64,000 nt of DNA from a virus. The translations under genes and the position numbers were made by a program. The stretch lies in IMG/VR virus record IMGVR_UViG_3300008267_007212. One strand, 5' to 3'. The notes beneath the pieces were generated by a model. That model was given only the letters and a program-made list of their open reading frames with translations, was not told the DNA's origin and made no database searches. Shown here piece by piece: positions 10,301-21,349 of the stretch. Numbering within the stretch: position 1 is the first letter of the stretch; every line of letters begins with the position of its first letter.

Positions 10301-13300
10301 ATCTTGAATTCCGACAGTGATCACTGTATTAGGGAATACTTGAATCATGAACCATTTGCCTTGACCATTGTTGTTAATTTTAACCAGATCCTGCGATCGC
10401 AAAGTTAAATCATTCAATTGAGCACTAGTTTCGATAGTATATGTCGGTTTTACTGTTCTATCAAACCCCCGAGCATACCAATCTTTATATTGCCAGTATT
10501 CACTGGTTGCATAACTCTGTACTCTATTTAAATTCCATTCATTTTGTACTTGATAATAGGTATAGTCGTCAATATTAAATGTTGCACCGGTTGTAATAGT
10601 TTGATTTACAGTATATGTGATGCTGTTATATCTGACGATTGTATTTGTTAAATACCGAGTATTTGGTTGCCACTCGTCGATCACTCCGTCTTTAATATAG
10701 ATAGTCCATAAATTATCTACAGAACTGTCATTCTGTACTAATACCTTGTAGCCCATCGGAAGGATTGCGATATTTATGTAGCTTAATTCTTCAAGATTAG
10801 TTACGACTAAATCATACGCACCAGAATTAGGCACAGGTTCAGGTTCGCCTTCACTTAGTCTGGTTAAATCATATCCTTGACTAATAACATTTAAATCGAA
10901 TATAGAATTAACATAAAGAACCATTTCTCGAATAGCTTCGTTTCTATCGATAAACATGCTTTGTCGAGGTCTGATATCAATTCCGTATCTATTTTGCACT
11001 GCAAGAGTTGGGTCTGGCACAGGATTACCAAATCTGTCAATTCCGCTGGCACTGTCTAATAGCTTATTGTATATGTTCTCTGGAATGTCAGCCGATTTAT
11101 TATTGGTATCTGACAGCAGTGCATATTCATTATGGATAATGTTACTGTTTAATAGTGTTGCATAATCTAAATGAAATATAATATCTCTACCCACTGCTTC
11201 GTTGACCATATTATAAAAAGCAATCGAATCGTCTCTTACTGCGGCAAAGTATTTCACTCCACTGTTCTTAGGAGATGCAATATAACTTGCAACAGTTGTG
11301 GTAGGAATAGTTCTTCCAAATTGATTGGCAGAAACGGTTGTTTTATTTTTTACCCAGAAATAGTATTTTACTGTGGCAAAATTTGTAGCAGGATCTATGT
11401 AGGTTAATGTTACATATGCACCATTTCCACTGTATTTGGGTTCTCCGTCACCGCCGTTTGCAACATACTGACTAGGAGGATATAAACTTTCTACCCATTC
11501 GTAGACGTCAATACTGCTGCTAGGGAATACTCGCCCCCAGTTTGTGGTTCTATATTTAATACTACCTTGCTCATAATCAATATACCTGACAGTGCTTAAA
11601 TCCCACCACAATTGTCCTACTTGTTGATCAGTCCAATAAAGATTATTATTAACGCTTACATCGTCGGCACTAGCATTATTATAGATAGCAGGATCATAAT
11701 CAATTTTATAAGTAAGTTCCTGTTCAGCCAGTCCAAGAATTTTACCTTTTGCTGGATCGATATAATCTAAGTTATATTGAACTGTTTGTGTTAATGCATT
11801 ATAGGTATATGCTTTAATAATACCATTAATATCAACCTTAGGTTCTTGACTTCTGAGTACGTCCCATCCTAATAGATTTGTCGGATTAGCAAACTTATAA
11901 ACTCTTCCACCATTGAATGCTAATTGTTTATTATTCTTAGATCCAACAATTAATTCGTATTTGCTAATAGATATGGCACTACCAAATCCATCATTTGTTT
12001 TTAATCCATCATTTGTAGTTGTAGGAGTTAGCTGTTGTATGAAAGTAAATATACCAGGAGTTTCTATGGTTGATAAGTTATTTGGCAAGTATGAATAAAT
12101 CCAGACTGCGCCGCTATCGTCTACTGGTTCGCTGAAGATTGTCAATTCCCCGTCAAACGTTGTAGGATTTGGTGTATATATTTTAGAGTTATCAAAAACA
12201 GTAGATTGTAGTGTTGCTGCAATATCGCTGGCCACCACTAGTATATCACTGTTGTTGTTTATTTTAACAAGTTTTCCAAAGTAGTCGTATGATTTAGTTG
12301 AATTATTGTAGATAATATCCACTTCTGGAAAAATATCTAGTCCTAAATCTGTAATTGCTGTGCCTACGCCAGGTAACACATTTAATTTATTAAATGTAAC
12401 TTCTGAGTCACTAACCAATTTCAATTTATTATTTTCGATACTTGCAGTGACACCAGGAATCTTAGGACCAATGGGTTCACCGAGTGCATTTACATTATTG
12501 ATAGCATTAACTACACTTGACAATGAGGTGTCAGTGAATTGTACGGCATAGTTATTAATTCTAATAGAATCTCCGCTATTTACAGTAGCGTTAGCTTTAG
12601 TTCCTACTATTTCACCGTATACTTTTCCTTGATTCAGGAATCGATATACGGCCCCGTTATATAAATTAACTTCGGACTGATAAGGAGCTCCTATATAAAG
12701 ACTACAACTATTTGTGCATATATCCAAACTATAACCAAATTGTTGATCCGTGAATGGTTGTGCTGGCACTGTCGTTTGTATCGGATGGAATACATTGGTT
12801 TCTATAGTTAATATTTTACTTTGCCCAGGTGGATTGTAAAATGTTATTAGATTTAGCGTACTATTACTGACATACCAATCTACTCCAACAAATTTTTCTA
12901 TATTGTCGACGTACACTCTTGTGTATTGTGTGACTGTGGCTACTGCATTAAAAGTAACAGTAAGATTATCTTGTACAATAAAATTATTAATCGATCTATT
13001 CCACAAATGCACTGCGCCGGAATCTGTATATGTTGTAATATTACCACCGATATTAGCAGTTACATCTTCCAATGGTGCACCAATCATAATCTGTGATCCG
13101 TCAACTGTTGCACTCAAACTATAACCAAATTGACTACCCGCATTACCTGCTATTGTTCCTACTAAATTATATCCTGGTCTTTGTGAAATAACTATAGTTC
13201 CTGCAGGTGGAGGCAATGTGAATGAAATCGTTGAAGAGCTTAAAGTATAATCTCTATAAGGAACATATGTGGCCGAAGATCCCTGAACATAAATGGTTTC

Positions 13301-16300
13301 TGCACTCACTGGGACATACGGTAGAGTAAATGAACTAACTGATCCGTTCGGAGTTAATGTTACCACTTCTTGTTCAGGCACGGTATTATCGTACCCATAT
13401 ATGTAAACAATGTCATCATCTGGCGCGCCAATATATAACCAGTTATCATCTGCGCTAATAGCAATACTAGTTCCAAAACTTCCTACGTTAGCACTAATCG
13501 GCGATAATATTTGTGTGTCAGATAATGTTCCGACATTTTCTCTATTATATACAAAAACATAACCAATACCGTTACTACTCTCCGGAGCTCCAGTTATTAC
13601 TTTGGTGTTTCCGCTTTCGATAACAGAACCCATCTTAACTGTGGCATTTGCACTAGAAGTAAGAGTCACATCCTCTACTAATACTCCATTAAAATTAATA
13701 ACGTAGTTAGTAATAGCACCAACATTGCCATTATATCCGGGTTGTCCAATCACTGCAAAATTATCATCAGTTGCAAGATTTACCGCGGCACCAAATTGGA
13801 AATTATTTTCCAAAGTTCCTTTTTGTAATGCTGTGGTCAATCTCCACGGATCTGTCTTGTTGTAAACGGCCCAGTCTCCTGCAGAGTTATAGGAATTTAC
13901 CCATACTTTATTGTTAACACTCCATCCAAGTCTAGGAGTCAAATTTGTGATCCCAAGAGGACTATCAACTTTCATGCTGATCAATTTATATAATTGACCA
14001 GTCTGATTAAACGTACTAAATCCACGAAGATCTCCGGTAAATTCAACTATAAAACTAGTTAATCCGGTAACATTTTGTACTTTATAAAATCCAGTAAATT
14101 TGTCTACTCCGGTTAATAAAATAGTATCATTTTTTACCAACCCGTGAGATTTATTTGTGTTTATTTTAACCTTTGTATTCAGGTCATTACTTAAACTTAT
14201 AACACTGCACTCAGAGTCTGACACTCTGTATACGTTCCAATTTTGTTGATAATCTTTTGCTATCCAAATTGTTGATCCGGCAGTTATATTAGATATGTCT
14301 GCATTTAATGTAGAAACGTTGGTTAAATCAAATAACGTAAAGTCAATATCATCAATGCTAACATAACCCGCAGTTCGAATATCATCGCTATAATCGCTGT
14401 CAACGGTTCTGTTTATTAAAAAAGGCGATGACCACGGAACTGAACTGGTTTTATACAATCCCTGATTGTCAGTGTACAGAGAACTAAACAACACAGAATT
14501 ATTAGATCGAACTTCTAAGCTAGTTGGGTTACTCAATAAATATTTTTCCTCAAGCACCAGTTCTAAAAATTGGTTAGTTCCAGTGCTACCATAAGAACCA
14601 ACTCTAAACGCCCAGTCTTCACTGACTGTTACATCGCTGGGACGTCCGCTAAAGCTAACTTTACCCAACGCATTAATTGCATTTAATGTTCCTTTTTCTT
14701 TAATGAACCCTTGATAAAATTTAACTTGACTGGTATCATCTAGTCCCAAATCATTTAAATAACTTCTATCTCTGTAACCAATTAATCCCAATGCGTATCG
14801 ATCAAATTCGCTTTCTAAGTTAACTTTATCAACATTATAAAATGTCTCGCCTATTCCTGCGTTACGTGCAAAATTATTCAAAAGACCTGTTTTAATTTTA
14901 TTTCTATCGACTGGCAACCAATCACTGAATTTGAATTCAGTTGTGCCCGGTAAATTTTTACTGGCTGTGTAATAAAAGCTCTTATACTCGACCAAGTCTC
15001 CTTGTAAATAATCTTTATTCGGTCTCCAAGCAGCAACACCTGGTTGATTATAAACGAATCCCAGTGCAGATAATGTCCCGGTCCACTCACCCGTCTTAGA
15101 ACCTATAAGTTTTAACCGATATTGACGTTGCCCCATTATGGGATCGTAAATAATATCATTAAACTGTGTTCTATTATCAAAAATTAAAACATGTTCATAT
15201 TGTACTAAATTAAGATCTACATATCCTATTAGGTCTGTGGTGCTAGTCAAAGATAAAACAAATGTATTGTTATCCCGGGCTACGGTATAGTTGTCTGTAT
15301 TCAAAACTTTATAATTTTGATTTAATACTTTTGTGCCATAAAATGAATTATTGATTCCGTCAACTACGGCAGTAGTATTAAATAATTTTAAATTATTAGA
15401 AGCAGGACTTAGAACAATAACACTGTTAATTGTCCACCCCTGTTGCGTCCAAAATAAAAATTCTTTAGTGCTTAATTGCCAATTTTTAATTTGAGCCAAC
15501 GTTTCGTCATAGTAATCAAATTTAAATCCTTGTAATTGAAGGTATCGTTCATATCCACTGATAAAGTTTGCAACTTGTTGTAGTGTAGTTAATTCGGTGC
15601 CGTAAGGGATATTAATTTTAAAATTTGTAAACTCAGTGTAGTAATTTACAGTTCGCTTTTCTGACTTAACTAATTGATACTCTCCAGTCTGGGCAGGTGG
15701 CACAATTGTAAAATACGGTCTCTCATTGTCGTAGCCTGAGATAGTAAAACCATTTCCAGTTTTTTCTATTATTACTGCACTATATCTAGAATTAAACACT
15801 GGAGTAGATTTATGTAGCGTTAGATTATAGTTGTCATCGGGGACAATAATAGTTTCGTTGGTGCTATTTGGACTATTTTGTTCAGCTAATATCTTTAAAT
15901 AATTTTTGCCGCTGAACCCTGCCATTCTATAAGACAATTGAATAGAATAGTCCCTAACAAAATTTAACAATGGAGTTTTGTCTGTTGCTCCACGAGTTAC
16001 TTGATAATCACTGATCCAGTTCAAATATCCTGAAGCTCTAGATATATCTCCTGACAAGTTTACATATCCATTGACATCAATGTCTTCTTGTGTAATTCTA
16101 TTATTTGTGCCCGTTATTAAATATTGATCTAAATCGACATTATATCTATATTTGCTTGTTGTAATACCGTAAGCAAAATATTTTCCAGGATTAATTATTG
16201 CAGAGGTGTATTGCACTGCAAAAGGATACTCACTACTATTTCTCCAAGCAGTTTCAACTGGGCTGAACTGACCCATATTCCAATTATCATTGAACTGTGT

Positions 16301-19300
16301 GGAATCATACTTATTGGTTAAAAGACCAATAGGCGGCAGTAATTGTCCGTTTTCATTTACTGGAATAAAGTTACTTAATCCAGGTCTTGCAAATTTAGTG
16401 TCAATGCCTACCCTGCTACCAGCTGCAATGTAACCAGCTTCTAAATCGTCCCATAAAATTTTATTACCAGAAGTATACGGAGCAGGACCATATGTAGATC
16501 TCCACCAGTCTGGTTCTTCACTGAATCCCAGCATTTCCCATGGTGCAGTATTAGGTCTCTGAGTATCATAAAAATACTGAAAACATGCACGCCATGAACC
16601 AGGCAGTGCTTGACCATTGACTACATCTAATGCAGTGCTATAATTATAACTAAAAGCTGCATCATTTTGATATGTAGTATTCTCTACATAATTCAAATTA
16701 TTAACGCTAGCCCATTGCAAATAAAAACGAGATAATAAATTATTATACTGAGATATAGTATAGCCAGAGTCTCTGAATTTACCAGGAATCGAATCGTAAG
16801 GGGACACTAGTTTATCACTGTATTGAACTTTAATGTTATTGTAAATTCGTTTTTCTAATTCTAAAACAATATTATCTCTGAAATCGCCAAAACTAGGTGT
16901 TAAGCTGCCGTCGTGCCCCCTTATCATAACTTGGGGATTTGTATATGTTATGTCAGTATAAATTGCTGGTGTAAATTTTGGATATAATCCTAATTTCGAA
17001 GGCGTTTCGGGAACCCAATTACCATCCGTGTCTTGATACTCAACAATTGTAAGAATGTTGCCAACTGCTAATGTTATATTGTTTTTTATACTGACCCCAG
17101 GGCCTGTTACTAAAAATTCATAATCACGTCCGTATAATAATTGACTACCGTTCAAATAAATTAAAATAGACCGATTACTTAATGTTTCATTTGAAAAAAT
17201 GGTTGTAAGTTCATAATTACGTTGTTGCGGATTAAAGATATTGTAAGTTATTACATTTTTGTTATCTCCATATGGCACCATATCACTGTAGTACCACGGA
17301 AAAGTCTTATCCTTAACTGAATTTATTTGTTTAATAATATAGTCCACTGCGCCAACAGGATCACTTGGATTGATCTGACTGCTGTTGCTTGCAATGTTTA
17401 TAAACTTATTTTTAAATCTTATATATTCTTGCTGAGCATTAATTAATCCAGATGCAAAATTATATTTTTCGTCGCTCAAGAACATAGAAGCAAAGCTAAC
17501 AGGTGCGCTCTGCTGTAACATAGTACCAGACTGATTTTCGATATATAAATCTCTTAGATTGCTTACTCCTGGATAATTTCCAATAAAATATAAACTATTT
17601 TTACTCAATGAACCTATATGATTTCGTAATTCTCCTAACGTTGGAGTCCCTAAAATTCTATTTTGTGCATTTAAATTTAAATTATCAGGGATCTGATAAA
17701 ATCCAAGACTGCTGATATTTTTACTATAAACAAGAATATCTACTCTGTCATTGATTTGTAATTTAGCTTTCTTTATTACAATTAAAATTCCGTCTGGCAC
17801 ATTATACGCAAAATAATCATTGATTGATATTTCTTTAAAATTAACGTATATTAATATATTAGGTTTAACTGTTGCTACTTCTGGAATAATATCAATTTTG
17901 AATGAATTGTCTACCCCATCATAGGTAAACGGTATATCTTGCATTTGCCTGGTAGTAGTATTAACATTGGTCCATACATTAAGTTTTGTAATACTACCAT
18001 CTGTATTATTTTTATATAGTAATCCTGAATCTATTTTTTTAGTATAAACAACTTTGTCTATACCATAACTAAATGATTCAACATCAAAATTATTGTCAAA
18101 CTGTATATCACCTATATTATTAAAATTTTTATAACTTAAAGGAAAACCTAAGATAGGATCAGCTGTTCCAGTGCCTGTCTTATAGCTAAAAATTTTAGTA
18201 CCATTAAATTGTGTAGCAGAATTGATTACTGGATATTTTACACTATCAGAAAAACTAACGCCTTCATTGTCGAAAACATCAAATAAGGGAGGCTGATTTA
18301 TACCAGTCTTACTTTGTCCTTCGATCCAAATTTTATCCAAAAAGTAAAAACTTTTACCGTTGTTAACCACTCCATTAAAAACACTAACAGTATTAAAATC
18401 TGATATGTCGTCAACAGGTATTAAATGTATTACTTCATTGGCCAACGGATCTCCCGACACATTTTCAAATGTTACTTGCCAGATTTTATCTCTAACTCCA
18501 GCATCGTTGTCAGCAGAAAAAATTACACGCATTCCTTGAACCAAACTGATACCGTCAACGAAAATAGAAGTTTTACCTTCAACTGACAAAAATGCATTTG
18601 TGTATACTGTGTCAAATATATCAACAGGTGACTTGGCTGTTTTTCCAAAATTAATTAATTGCAAGTCTGCATCAAATTCTATAATAGGGCGTTTTGCTCG
18701 TTGATTTGAGTCGAAAACTTGCGGAGTATTGTTATATAAACTGGTTAATTCAATTATATCTTTATGAAACCAACGATTTCTTCGAGTCCATGGATTAAGG
18801 TCTCTACTGGCTCTGCTAATAATAATGTAATCAGGATCAGACAAACTAGTATTAGTGTCTATATTTGTACTTCCGTAATACGCTCTTCCGATTATGTAAG
18901 GATAAATCGGAGTTCCATCACTGGCTTGTGTTGTAAAATATGCATATGTGCCATTGGGAAATTCTGGTGTTACACAAAAACGTCCATTGTATTGATCTAG
19001 CGTACCGCTGTCTTGTACATAAGAGTAGTCTTCGATAAATGCTCCTGCCAGAAATTCGAATGTAATAGTTACCCCAGCTGATAGTGTAACACTGCTACTA
19101 AGTTGTATCTGACTTGCAGTACCTAAAAATGGTGGCAGTCCTACTGCTGTTTTTAATCCGTTATTAATTATCCACACACTGCCAGATTCTAACCCGGCAG
19201 AATTAACCGTTATTCTCATACCAGGATTTAATCCATTGGTACTAGACACAGTAATTAAATTGCTATTAACAACATCAGCAGTAACGGTAACAGTTTGTGC

Positions 19301-21349
19301 TACCGGTCTAAACAGTCCATCGTTAGATGATTCGTATGAACTTATCATACGAATAATAGAACTACTTGAATTTAACGGATTTGAATACCCAAACGGTCCG
19401 TAAATAGGATATCCGTCTGCTGCAAATCCTATAAGTTTACTATGATTTGTTGCAGGATCTAAATATCCATTAGTAAATCCTGATACATTTCCCCATGCGT
19501 TTGCTGTAATAAATTTAGAATTTGTATAAACATAACGACCGTTTTCTAATGGATACCCGCCGTAACTATCTTGGCCGTTGATTAATACTTGTGTAGTGTC
19601 GTAATTCCACTTGCTACCATCTAGCCCAGGAACCGAAGCTCCATTGCTTACACCGTTAATAAGAATTCCCGGCAAAGTTATACCAATTACATCTGCAGAA
19701 TATGTTAAATTATCATGTTCTCCCGGATCGTTTAATCCAGGTCTATAAGGATATTTTAATTTAAGATCTTGAGCGACGATATAATTTGTATTAATAGTAT
19801 TAGGAAAAACTCCAATTTTTACATTTACACCATCAGGAAAATCTGTGGTAGTTATAGTAAGTTGATCTTGTGCTAAATTAAGATTAGCTGTTGCATACAG
19901 CACAAAATTATTGTTTGGATTATAATCTGATTTTGCCTGTGCTTGATTAATTACTAAATCTGACACTGGAATTAATCGTATTCTAGTTCCTACCCCATCA
20001 ATATAATATTCTTTATTTTGATAAGATGCAGGTATAACGCTGGTGTCAAAATTAATTTTTAATCCGTTAGTAAAAACAACACCGTTGGGACTAACATAAT
20101 TTGTTTTACCGATTATTTCTTCATCAACATTGATAACATTACTGGTCGGATCTACTATTCGAATAATACCAACTTGATTTGCATCTGACCCATCTTGATA
20201 ATATAGTGTGTTTAGTGGTGCAGTGATTACAGGTATCTGTTCTAGATTATCCTCAGAATTTGTATACCATTCGGTGTTACCGTAACTAATACCTGACAGT
20301 ATCAAAACTTTGTTATTAGTGGGTATTGGCAAATAGTAAACTAAATTAATGATATAATCTGCGCCGACTGGAGTCAAAACAATTGTCCAAATTCCGTATC
20401 TTTCATTTTCAGGCACTGTAACAGAATTAGAAGTCCAATCAGGATCTACATTATAATTTGGAAAAATTATGTACTTTCCATTTAAATTTGCTACTTGGCC
20501 ATCAATACCTTTGTAATTGTTTTTAATATCTGACAACAATTTACCTTGCAAATTAGCGTAACTTATTGTGCTTACTAAATCAACTGTTTGCACTATTGGC
20601 ATAGTGATAAAGAAATCTTGGGCTATTGGAGGTGGAACAAAAAATGTCACAGTGCCCACATCTGTTCCATTATTTTCAACGCCCAGTACTTGTCTAGAAC
20701 TTAGGTTAGTTTGCGGGCTAAGTCCGCTTAAGCCAGGATTTGTTTGAATCCAGAAAGGTTTACCAGGCTGATTAACATTGAATGTATAGTTTCCGCCGCG
20801 TGCTAATACAATGTCAGGATTTGATGCAGTATTGTACCCGCTTATATTATAAACTTGAAGACCGTTTTCAGCATATACATTAAATGTGCGTGTTAAGTCT
20901 GCTTCACCTGCAAATACATTAACTGATTCTGGGCCGTTGGGTAGCCAATAGTATTGACTAAAATTAATAAATGCATCAGCATTAATTCTTGGATTATAAC
21001 TATAAAAATCGCTTTCCCATAGATTGTCTTGATTGCTGATGTTGCCGCCATAAAAATCTATCTTTTGTAAAACTTCAGGATATGTAGTATGAAAATCCAC
21101 TTCTCCAGTTGCTTTATTTTTTACAACTATACTAGGCTCTAATTGGTAATCTGCACGAAGTGCATCAGACTCTTTAATATAGGTATTAATTCCACTGAAT
21201 CCTGGCGCAAATTTTCTTCCAACATAACCATTAATAGGAACCAAATTTGGCTCTGTCATTAGCTGATCCAATGTAGCGTTTAGAAATCGTTTATTAGAGT
21301 CAGACTGGAATACTGCTGGAAGAAAATTTATTGTTTTAGTAATTGGCAT
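7328..21349 (-). CDS. Giant (4673 aa) multidomain baseplate/tail structural protein
   Basis: Directly downstream of the gp6-like gene; contains a YHYH-like domain, FG-GAP-like propeller repeats (FGxxxxxxxD..xxIGAP), four CBM5/12-like W-x-x-x-x-x-Y-x-x-G repeats and GSGY..P.V.I.G repeats. Confidence 0.8.
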   Translation of the reverse strand: MPITKTINFLPAVFQSDSNKRFLNATLDQLMTEPNLVPINGYVGRKFAPGFSGINTYIKESDALRADYQLEPSIVVKNKATGEVDFHTTYPEVLQKIDFYGGNISNQDNLWESDFYSYNPRINADAFINFSQYYWLPNGPESVNVFAGEADLTRTFNVYAENGLQVYNISGYNTASNPDIVLARGGNYTFNVNQPGKPFWIQTNPGLSGLSPQTNLSSRQVLGVENNGTDVGTVTFFVPPPIAQDFFITMPIVQTVDLVSTISYANLQGKLLSDIKNNYKGIDGQVANLNGKYIIFPNYNVDPDWTSNSVTVPENERYGIWTIVLTPVGADYIINLVYYLPIPTNNKVLILSGISYGNTEWYTNSEDNLEQIPVITAPLNTLYYQDGSDANQVGIIRIVDPTSNVINVDEEIIGKTNYVSPNGVVFTNGLKINFDTSVIPASYQNKEYYIDGVGTRIRLIPVSDLVINQAQAKSDYNPNNNFVLYATANLNLAQDQLTITTTDFPDGVNVKIGVFPNTINTNYIVAQDLKLKYPYRPGLNDPGEHDNLTYSADVIGITLPGILINGVSNGASVPGLDGSKWNYDTTQVLINGQDSYGGYPLENGRYVYTNSKFITANAWGNVSGFTNGYLDPATNHSKLIGFAADGYPIYGPFGYSNPLNSSSSIIRMISSYESSNDGLFRPVAQTVTVTADVVNSNLITVSSTNGLNPGMRITVNSAGLESGSVWIINNGLKTAVGLPPFLGTASQIQLSSSVTLSAGVTITFEFLAGAFIEDYSYVQDSGTLDQYNGRFCVTPEFPNGTYAYFTTQASDGTPIYPYIIGRAYYGSTNIDTNTSLSDPDYIIISRASRDLNPWTRRNRWFHKDIIELTSLYNNTPQVFDSNQRAKRPIIEFDADLQLINFGKTAKSPVDIFDTVYTNAFLSVEGKTSIFVDGISLVQGMRVIFSADNDAGVRDKIWQVTFENVSGDPLANEVIHLIPVDDISDFNTVSVFNGVVNNGKSFYFLDKIWIEGQSKTGINQPPLFDVFDNEGVSFSDSVKYPVINSATQFNGTKIFSYKTGTGTADPILGFPLSYKNFNNIGDIQFDNNFDVESFSYGIDKVVYTKKIDSGLLYKNNTDGSITKLNVWTNVNTTTRQMQDIPFTYDGVDNSFKIDIIPEVATVKPNILIYVNFKEISINDYFAYNVPDGILIVIKKAKLQINDRVDILVYSKNISSLGFYQIPDNLNLNAQNRILGTPTLGELRNHIGSLSKNSLYFIGNYPGVSNLRDLYIENQSGTMLQQSAPVSFASMFLSDEKYNFASGLINAQQEYIRFKNKFINIASNSSQINPSDPVGAVDYIIKQINSVKDKTFPWYYSDMVPYGDNKNVITYNIFNPQQRNYELTTIFSNETLSNRSILIYLNGSQLLYGRDYEFLVTGPGVSIKNNITLAVGNILTIVEYQDTDGNWVPETPSKLGLYPKFTPAIYTDITYTNPQVMIRGHDGSLTPSFGDFRDNIVLELEKRIYNNIKVQYSDKLVSPYDSIPGKFRDSGYTISQYNNLLSRFYLQWASVNNLNYVENTTYQNDAAFSYNYSTALDVVNGQALPGSWRACFQYFYDTQRPNTAPWEMLGFSEEPDWWRSTYGPAPYTSGNKILWDDLEAGYIAAGSRVGIDTKFARPGLSNFIPVNENGQLLPPIGLLTNKYDSTQFNDNWNMGQFSPVETAWRNSSEYPFAVQYTSAIINPGKYFAYGITTSKYRYNVDLDQYLITGTNNRITQEDIDVNGYVNLSGDISRASGYLNWISDYQVTRGATDKTPLLNFVRDYSIQLSYRMAGFSGKNYLKILAEQNSPNSTNETIIVPDDNYNLTLHKSTPVFNSRYSAVIIEKTGNGFTISGYDNERPYFTIVPPAQTGEYQLVKSEKRTVNYYTEFTNFKINIPYGTELTTLQQVANFISGYERYLQLQGFKFDYYDETLAQIKNWQLSTKEFLFWTQQGWTINSVIVLSPASNNLKLFNTTAVVDGINNSFYGTKVLNQNYKVLNTDNYTVARDNNTFVLSLTSTTDLIGYVDLNLVQYEHVLIFDNRTQFNDIIYDPIMGQRQYRLKLIGSKTGEWTGTLSALGFVYNQPGVAAWRPNKDYLQGDLVEYKSFYYTASKNLPGTTEFKFSDWLPVDRNKIKTGLLNNFARNAGIGETFYNVDKVNLESEFDRYALGLIGYRDRSYLNDLGLDDTSQVKFYQGFIKEKGTLNAINALGKVSFSGRPSDVTVSEDWAFRVGSYGSTGTNQFLELVLEEKYLLSNPTSLEVRSNNSVLFSSLYTDNQGLYKTSSVPWSSPFLINRTVDSDYSDDIRTAGYVSIDDIDFTLFDLTNVSTLNADISNITAGSTIWIAKDYQQNWNVYRVSDSECSVISLSNDLNTKVKINTNKSHGLVKNDTILLTGVDKFTGFYKVQNVTGLTSFIVEFTGDLRGFSTFNQTGQLYKLISMKVDSPLGITNLTPRLGWSVNNKVWVNSYNSAGDWAVYNKTDPWRLTTALQKGTLENNFQFGAAVNLATDDNFAVIGQPGYNGNVGAITNYVINFNGVLVEDVTLTSSANATVKMGSVIESGNTKVITGAPESSNGIGYVFVYNRENVGTLSDTQILSPISANVGSFGTSIAISADDNWLYIGAPDDDIVYIYGYDNTVPEQEVVTLTPNGSVSSFTLPYVPVSAETIYVQGSSATYVPYRDYTLSSSTISFTLPPPAGTIVISQRPGYNLVGTIAGNAGSQFGYSLSATVDGSQIMIGAPLEDVTANIGGNITTYTDSGAVHLWNRSINNFIVQDNLTVTFNAVATVTQYTRVYVDNIEKFVGVDWYVSNSTLNLITFYNPPGQSKILTIETNVFHPIQTTVPAQPFTDQQFGYSLDICTNSCSLYIGAPYQSEVNLYNGAVYRFLNQGKVYGEIVGTKANATVNSGDSIRINNYAVQFTDTSLSSVVNAINNVNALGEPIGPKIPGVTASIENNKLKLVSDSEVTFNKLNVLPGVGTAITDLGLDIFPEVDIIYNNSTKSYDYFGKLVKINNNSDILVVASDIAATLQSTVFDNSKIYTPNPTTFDGELTIFSEPVDDSGAVWIYSYLPNNLSTIETPGIFTFIQQLTPTTTNDGLKTNDGFGSAISISKYELIVGSKNNKQLAFNGGRVYKFANPTNLLGWDVLRSQEPKVDINGIIKAYTYNALTQTVQYNLDYIDPAKGKILGLAEQELTYKIDYDPAIYNNASADDVSVNNNLYWTDQQVGQLWWDLSTVRYIDYEQGSIKYRTTNWGRVFPSSSIDVYEWVESLYPPSQYVANGGDGEPKYSGNGAYVTLTYIDPATNFATVKYYFWVKNKTTVSANQFGRTIPTTTVASYIASPKNSGVKYFAAVRDDSIAFYNMVNEAVGRDIIFHLDYATLLNSNIIHNEYALLSDTNNKSADIPENIYNKLLDSASGIDRFGNPVPDPTLAVQNRYGIDIRPRQSMFIDRNEAIREMVLYVNSIFDLNVISQGYDLTRLSEGEPEPVPNSGAYDLVVTNLEELSYINIAILPMGYKVLVQNDSSVDNLWTIYIKDGVIDEWQPNTRYLTNTIVRYNSITYTVNQTITTGATFNIDDYTYYQVQNEWNLNRVQSYATSEYWQYKDWYARGFDRTVKPTYTIETSAQLNDLTLRSQDLVKINNNGQGKWFMIQVFPNTVITVGIQDGTIELKKNLYALEEFGLGFDADNFDTIRFDQNPGIETRQILQTLRDDIFIDQLDSKFLNLFFVFINYILDEQKYVDWLFKTSFINVLQKIQGLNQPAIYIKENQEFYKQYIEEVKPYKTTLREYVVDYLGYDNYNSYVSDFDVPPTYDSVLKTTRSPSGEFIQDARFLQQPEYANWLSNYAYSIASIDIIDGGSGYTLPPIITITGSRNGNDAVARALITDGVLTKIVLLYPGSDYVTTPVITITGGNGSGAIARANLVNGLVRNIKTTLVYDRYTYSTTIVDWKPDTTFTQGTIIDYNGVAYIVNQTFTSPTTFNSNVLVNLTVYPIDNINNANDRIQAYYQPELGQPGKDLSLLQSGIDYPGVKVQGPTFSDNGGFGGSGPEPPLEGISAADGFDATLFDPLEFDENGIPILSDAILDAKITSTFNDITLGTKPEDIIVDGGPFVYSYFTEWKANRYYDKGDLISYNDKVWYVVTPTTTGNVFSTANLTIYNVGPYASHAPEEMVPGRVYDTLDMTISTIATDPTVSYYTNWSTGSGIQLDYIQIIDPGSGYSPADIGVTIVGGGYFTQGQAQVILNSNGSATSFQVVNNGGGYDTTPQVVITGANTSPIIATAIMKLSISPSGNAWPMMSYRIFKDMNDNFTYLREDGASTTTLAANLSLTDTTIQVVDASKLATPSSNGGQPGVVYINGERITYYSKDNTTNILGRIRRGTGGTGAKNHFVGNIVLDGSQNQIIPNSGDSVWYARSQGPGTINVNVYSSTLEGVGTTFTTLTPGTQIFAGVKDENAVESTLGNSSTSSTFTRQQLIGTIDNVVSDTVAILAVTKRNPDVPEGNPVEWAYISANNTPYFVAANISNVTVRYTGNITANTSSNIITGNGTIFLAELNVGNDLYDNGGNIVGTISNVISNTSAYISNNSLVNLTDERFTTYYTFESNVAFAQTNIWYNLGNSAQANANGVLGNTTASNGQGLFNANTLQVSFLKQGLQG

